Positions 61,723-64,000 of a stretch of DNA of 64,000 nucleotides are shown here, in pieces. The DNA is from the human T2T-CHM13v2.0 reference genome, Homo sapiens, in NCBI RefSeq assembly GCF_009914755.1, contig NC_060936.1. One strand, 5' to 3'. The notes beneath the pieces were generated by a model. That model was given only the letters and a program-made list of their open reading frames with translations. It had not been told where the DNA came from and did not search any database. Position 1 is the first letter of the stretch; each line of letters opens with the position of its first letter. A program made the position numbers and the translations under genes.

Positions 61723-62010
61723 CAGTCATGAGTAGCTTAATGAGAGGGATACATTCTGAGAAATGCATCACTAGGCAATTTTGTCATTGTGTGAACATCA
61801 TAGAATGTACTTACACAAACCTAGATGGTATAGCCTATTGCTTCTTGGCTACAAACCTGTACAGCATGTTACTGAACTGAATACTGTAGGCAATTGTAAC
61901 ACAATGGCATTTTTGCATGTAAACATACCTAAACAGAAAAGGTATGGTAAAAATATGGTGGTATAATCTTACGAGGAGCACTGTTGTATATATGGTTTGT
62001 CATTGGTGGA
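61723..62010 (+). mobile_element. Tigger3a/MER7A-like DNA transposon (TcMar-Tigger), 3' truncated
   Basis: TA|cagtcatg..gcttaatga..gggatacattctgagaaatgc...tacttacacaaacctagatggtatagccta. Confidence 0.82.
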
Positions 62011-63315
62011 AAGGAATTTGAAAGGAATTTACTTTCTGAAGGGAATACCTGGAGTTAAAAGAACATCTGGTGTTACAAGGTCATCAAAGACCAGGAAATG
62101 TATCAAGTCTTCTGGAAACTCACCCAGAGTTCTCATTAGTGATGAGGGAATTGCTATTCTGTAACTGCATAGATGGAACAATGATAACTCATATCCATTG
62201 CAAAATGTTTCACCCCACAGAGTGATTAAGCAATTGGTATTTATTGCACCCAAGATATTGTTCACGTTTCTATTTGTGAACAACTCCCGTAACTACTCTT
62301 TTACTCCCCATTTCCTTATCATTGCACAATTTCCAGCTGCATCTGTAATGCCTCTGCCCAGTTAAGTGGCTCTTGGCTCCTGCTGAGCATGACTGATGGG
62401 CTGAGTTTCCCCTCAGGTTCTTCTAGTGCCCAATTTCCTAGTCTCCGTTAGCAGAACTGCTTTGTCCTATACATACTTTGTCTTAAGGTCAGCTCTGCTC
62501 TCAGCTGTGCCCTATCTTCCAGTGGTTGCTCAATCTGGTTCCGTTTGCCTCCATGACATTACTAAAATCTCTTCCCATCTCTTGGATTCAACAGCTCGAA
62601 ATCACGTTTTTTTTTTTCTTTTTTCCTATAGAATCATGACTTCCTTTCCCCAACCCCCAGAGTTTACCCTTAGACCTTGGTCGTTTTTATTTTCAGCTCC
62701 AATCAGTTAAAATTCTGCTCTAAAGTGGTCAAGTGATGCTTTCCCTTCCAAGGAGAGAGTGGATAGTGTCAATGGGTCTGGTGTGACTAGCACTTGTGCT
62801 TAGGGTCACAGGAAGGAAAGGCAATCGGGAAGGATTCCAGTAGAGAAGGTGGAGGAAGGGGCATCAGGCCATTGATCAGTGCTTCTGGTCTCCCACAAGT
62901 CTGCTGGCGATGCAGAGCACATGGTATAGGGGTCAGAATATTCCAGACCTGGCCGTGAGAGAGCTCAAAGACATGGGCAAGTAAGTCCCTGCCATCTCAG
63001 AGCTGCAGTCTCTATGAGAGTGGCCCCCCTGGTGGCCCATTTCCCTTCCTTATATTATTGGGGGTCACAAAGTGCCTCACTAAAGAGTGTACTTTCCAGT
63101 CTCCTGGGAAGTTAGATTTAGCCACATAGGTCTGGCTTAGGAGAACTAAGTGAAGTTCTGTGGGGACTTAAGCAGAGGAGGCTGCTTAAAAGTAGGAGAT
63201 AACTGAGTGCAGAGCAGCTCCCTTTTAGCCTTTTCCCTTCTTTCCTGTAACCTGGCATGCAGATGGTGGGATTTCCATAGCTGACTTGCACCATGAGGTG
63301 CTTGGTAATAGAAGT

Positions 63316-63423
63316 ATAGTGCATTAGCGTATAGCACCTATAAGGTATTAGTGCACAGGGCCTAATAGGGCATTAGGGCACAGCGCCTATGGGGTATTAG
63401 TGTATAGTATCTATAGTGTATTA
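63316..63423. repeat. Degenerate ~24-bp minisatellite, ~4.5 copies
   Basis: attagcgtatagcacctataaggt / attagtgcacagggcctaataggggc / attagggcacagcgcctatggggt / attagtgtatagtatctatagtgt. Confidence 0.8.
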
Positions 63424-64000
63424 ATTTTCTGTTGCTATATAAGAAATTACCAGAAATTTAGTGGCTTAAAACAACACATTTATCATCTTACAGTTTCTGT
63501 GGATTTGGAGTCTGAGGATGGAGTCTCTGTTCAAGGTCTTGCGAGGCTGAAATCAAGGCATCAGCTGGGCTGTGCTCTCATCTGGAGCTTGGGCCCCTTT
63601 TCCAAGCTCATTCAGATTTTGGCAGCATTCAGTTCCTGGCAGTGGTGGAACTGAGGTCCTGTTTTCTTCTGGGCTGTTGGATGGGGGTCCACGCAGCTCC
63701 CTGGAGCTGCCCTCACATCCTAGCCTCATGGCCCCTCCCACATGGCTGCTTTCTTCTTAAAGGCCAACTGGAGAATCTCTCTTAGAAAGGCTCAAAAGCT
63801 ACCTTGTAATTTCTTTAGGATGAGCCCAGTGCCTTTTAAGGGCTCACCTGGTTATCAGACCCACTCAGGATATTCTCCCTTTTAATTAAGTTAAAGTCAA
63901 CTGATTTTGGTCTTTGATTACATCTGCAACGCCTCTTCAACTTTGTCATGTAATGTAACCTAATCATGGTGGTAAGATCCATCTTATTCACCGTCCTGCC
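63417..64000 (-). mobile_element. MLT1 (D/E-like) LTR running off the window edge
   Basis: tgtattaattttctgttgct...aattaccagaaatttagtggcttaaaacaacacatttatcatcttacagtttctgtgg. Confidence 0.85.

Overview
Primate, almost certainly human, non-coding DNA: it carries human-specific AluYa5 and AluYb8 insertions. It is AT-rich, CpG-depleted and dense in repeats, and I found no intact protein-coding gene or RNA gene. Recognisable content: two full-length processed pseudogenes on the minus strand (CISD1 at 427-1082 and RPS27 at 42656-43008, each with a poly(A) tail and target-site duplication, TSD); a full-length but inactivated L1PA4-like LINE-1 (16873-23366) with an AluYb8 nested in ORF2; about 20 Alus; and many ERV1/MaLR LTRs, MIR, L2, L3 and DNA-transposon relics. 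Repeat subfamily names come from recalled consensus sequences and need Dfam/RepeatMasker confirmation. I see no evidence for a new biological system. The most unusual structure is a local ~320-bp inverted duplication (10527-10932 vs 12317-12634) whose left arm holds a ~90-bp insert stitched from inverted copies of neighbouring sequence, a template-switching scar. Other oddities: a perfect 3x43-bp repeat beside an enhancer-like motif cluster, an exact 25-bp dispersed duplication, and a ~60-bp polyadenylated LTR-transcript retrocopy. Most ORF-track entries are Alu/L1 artefacts.
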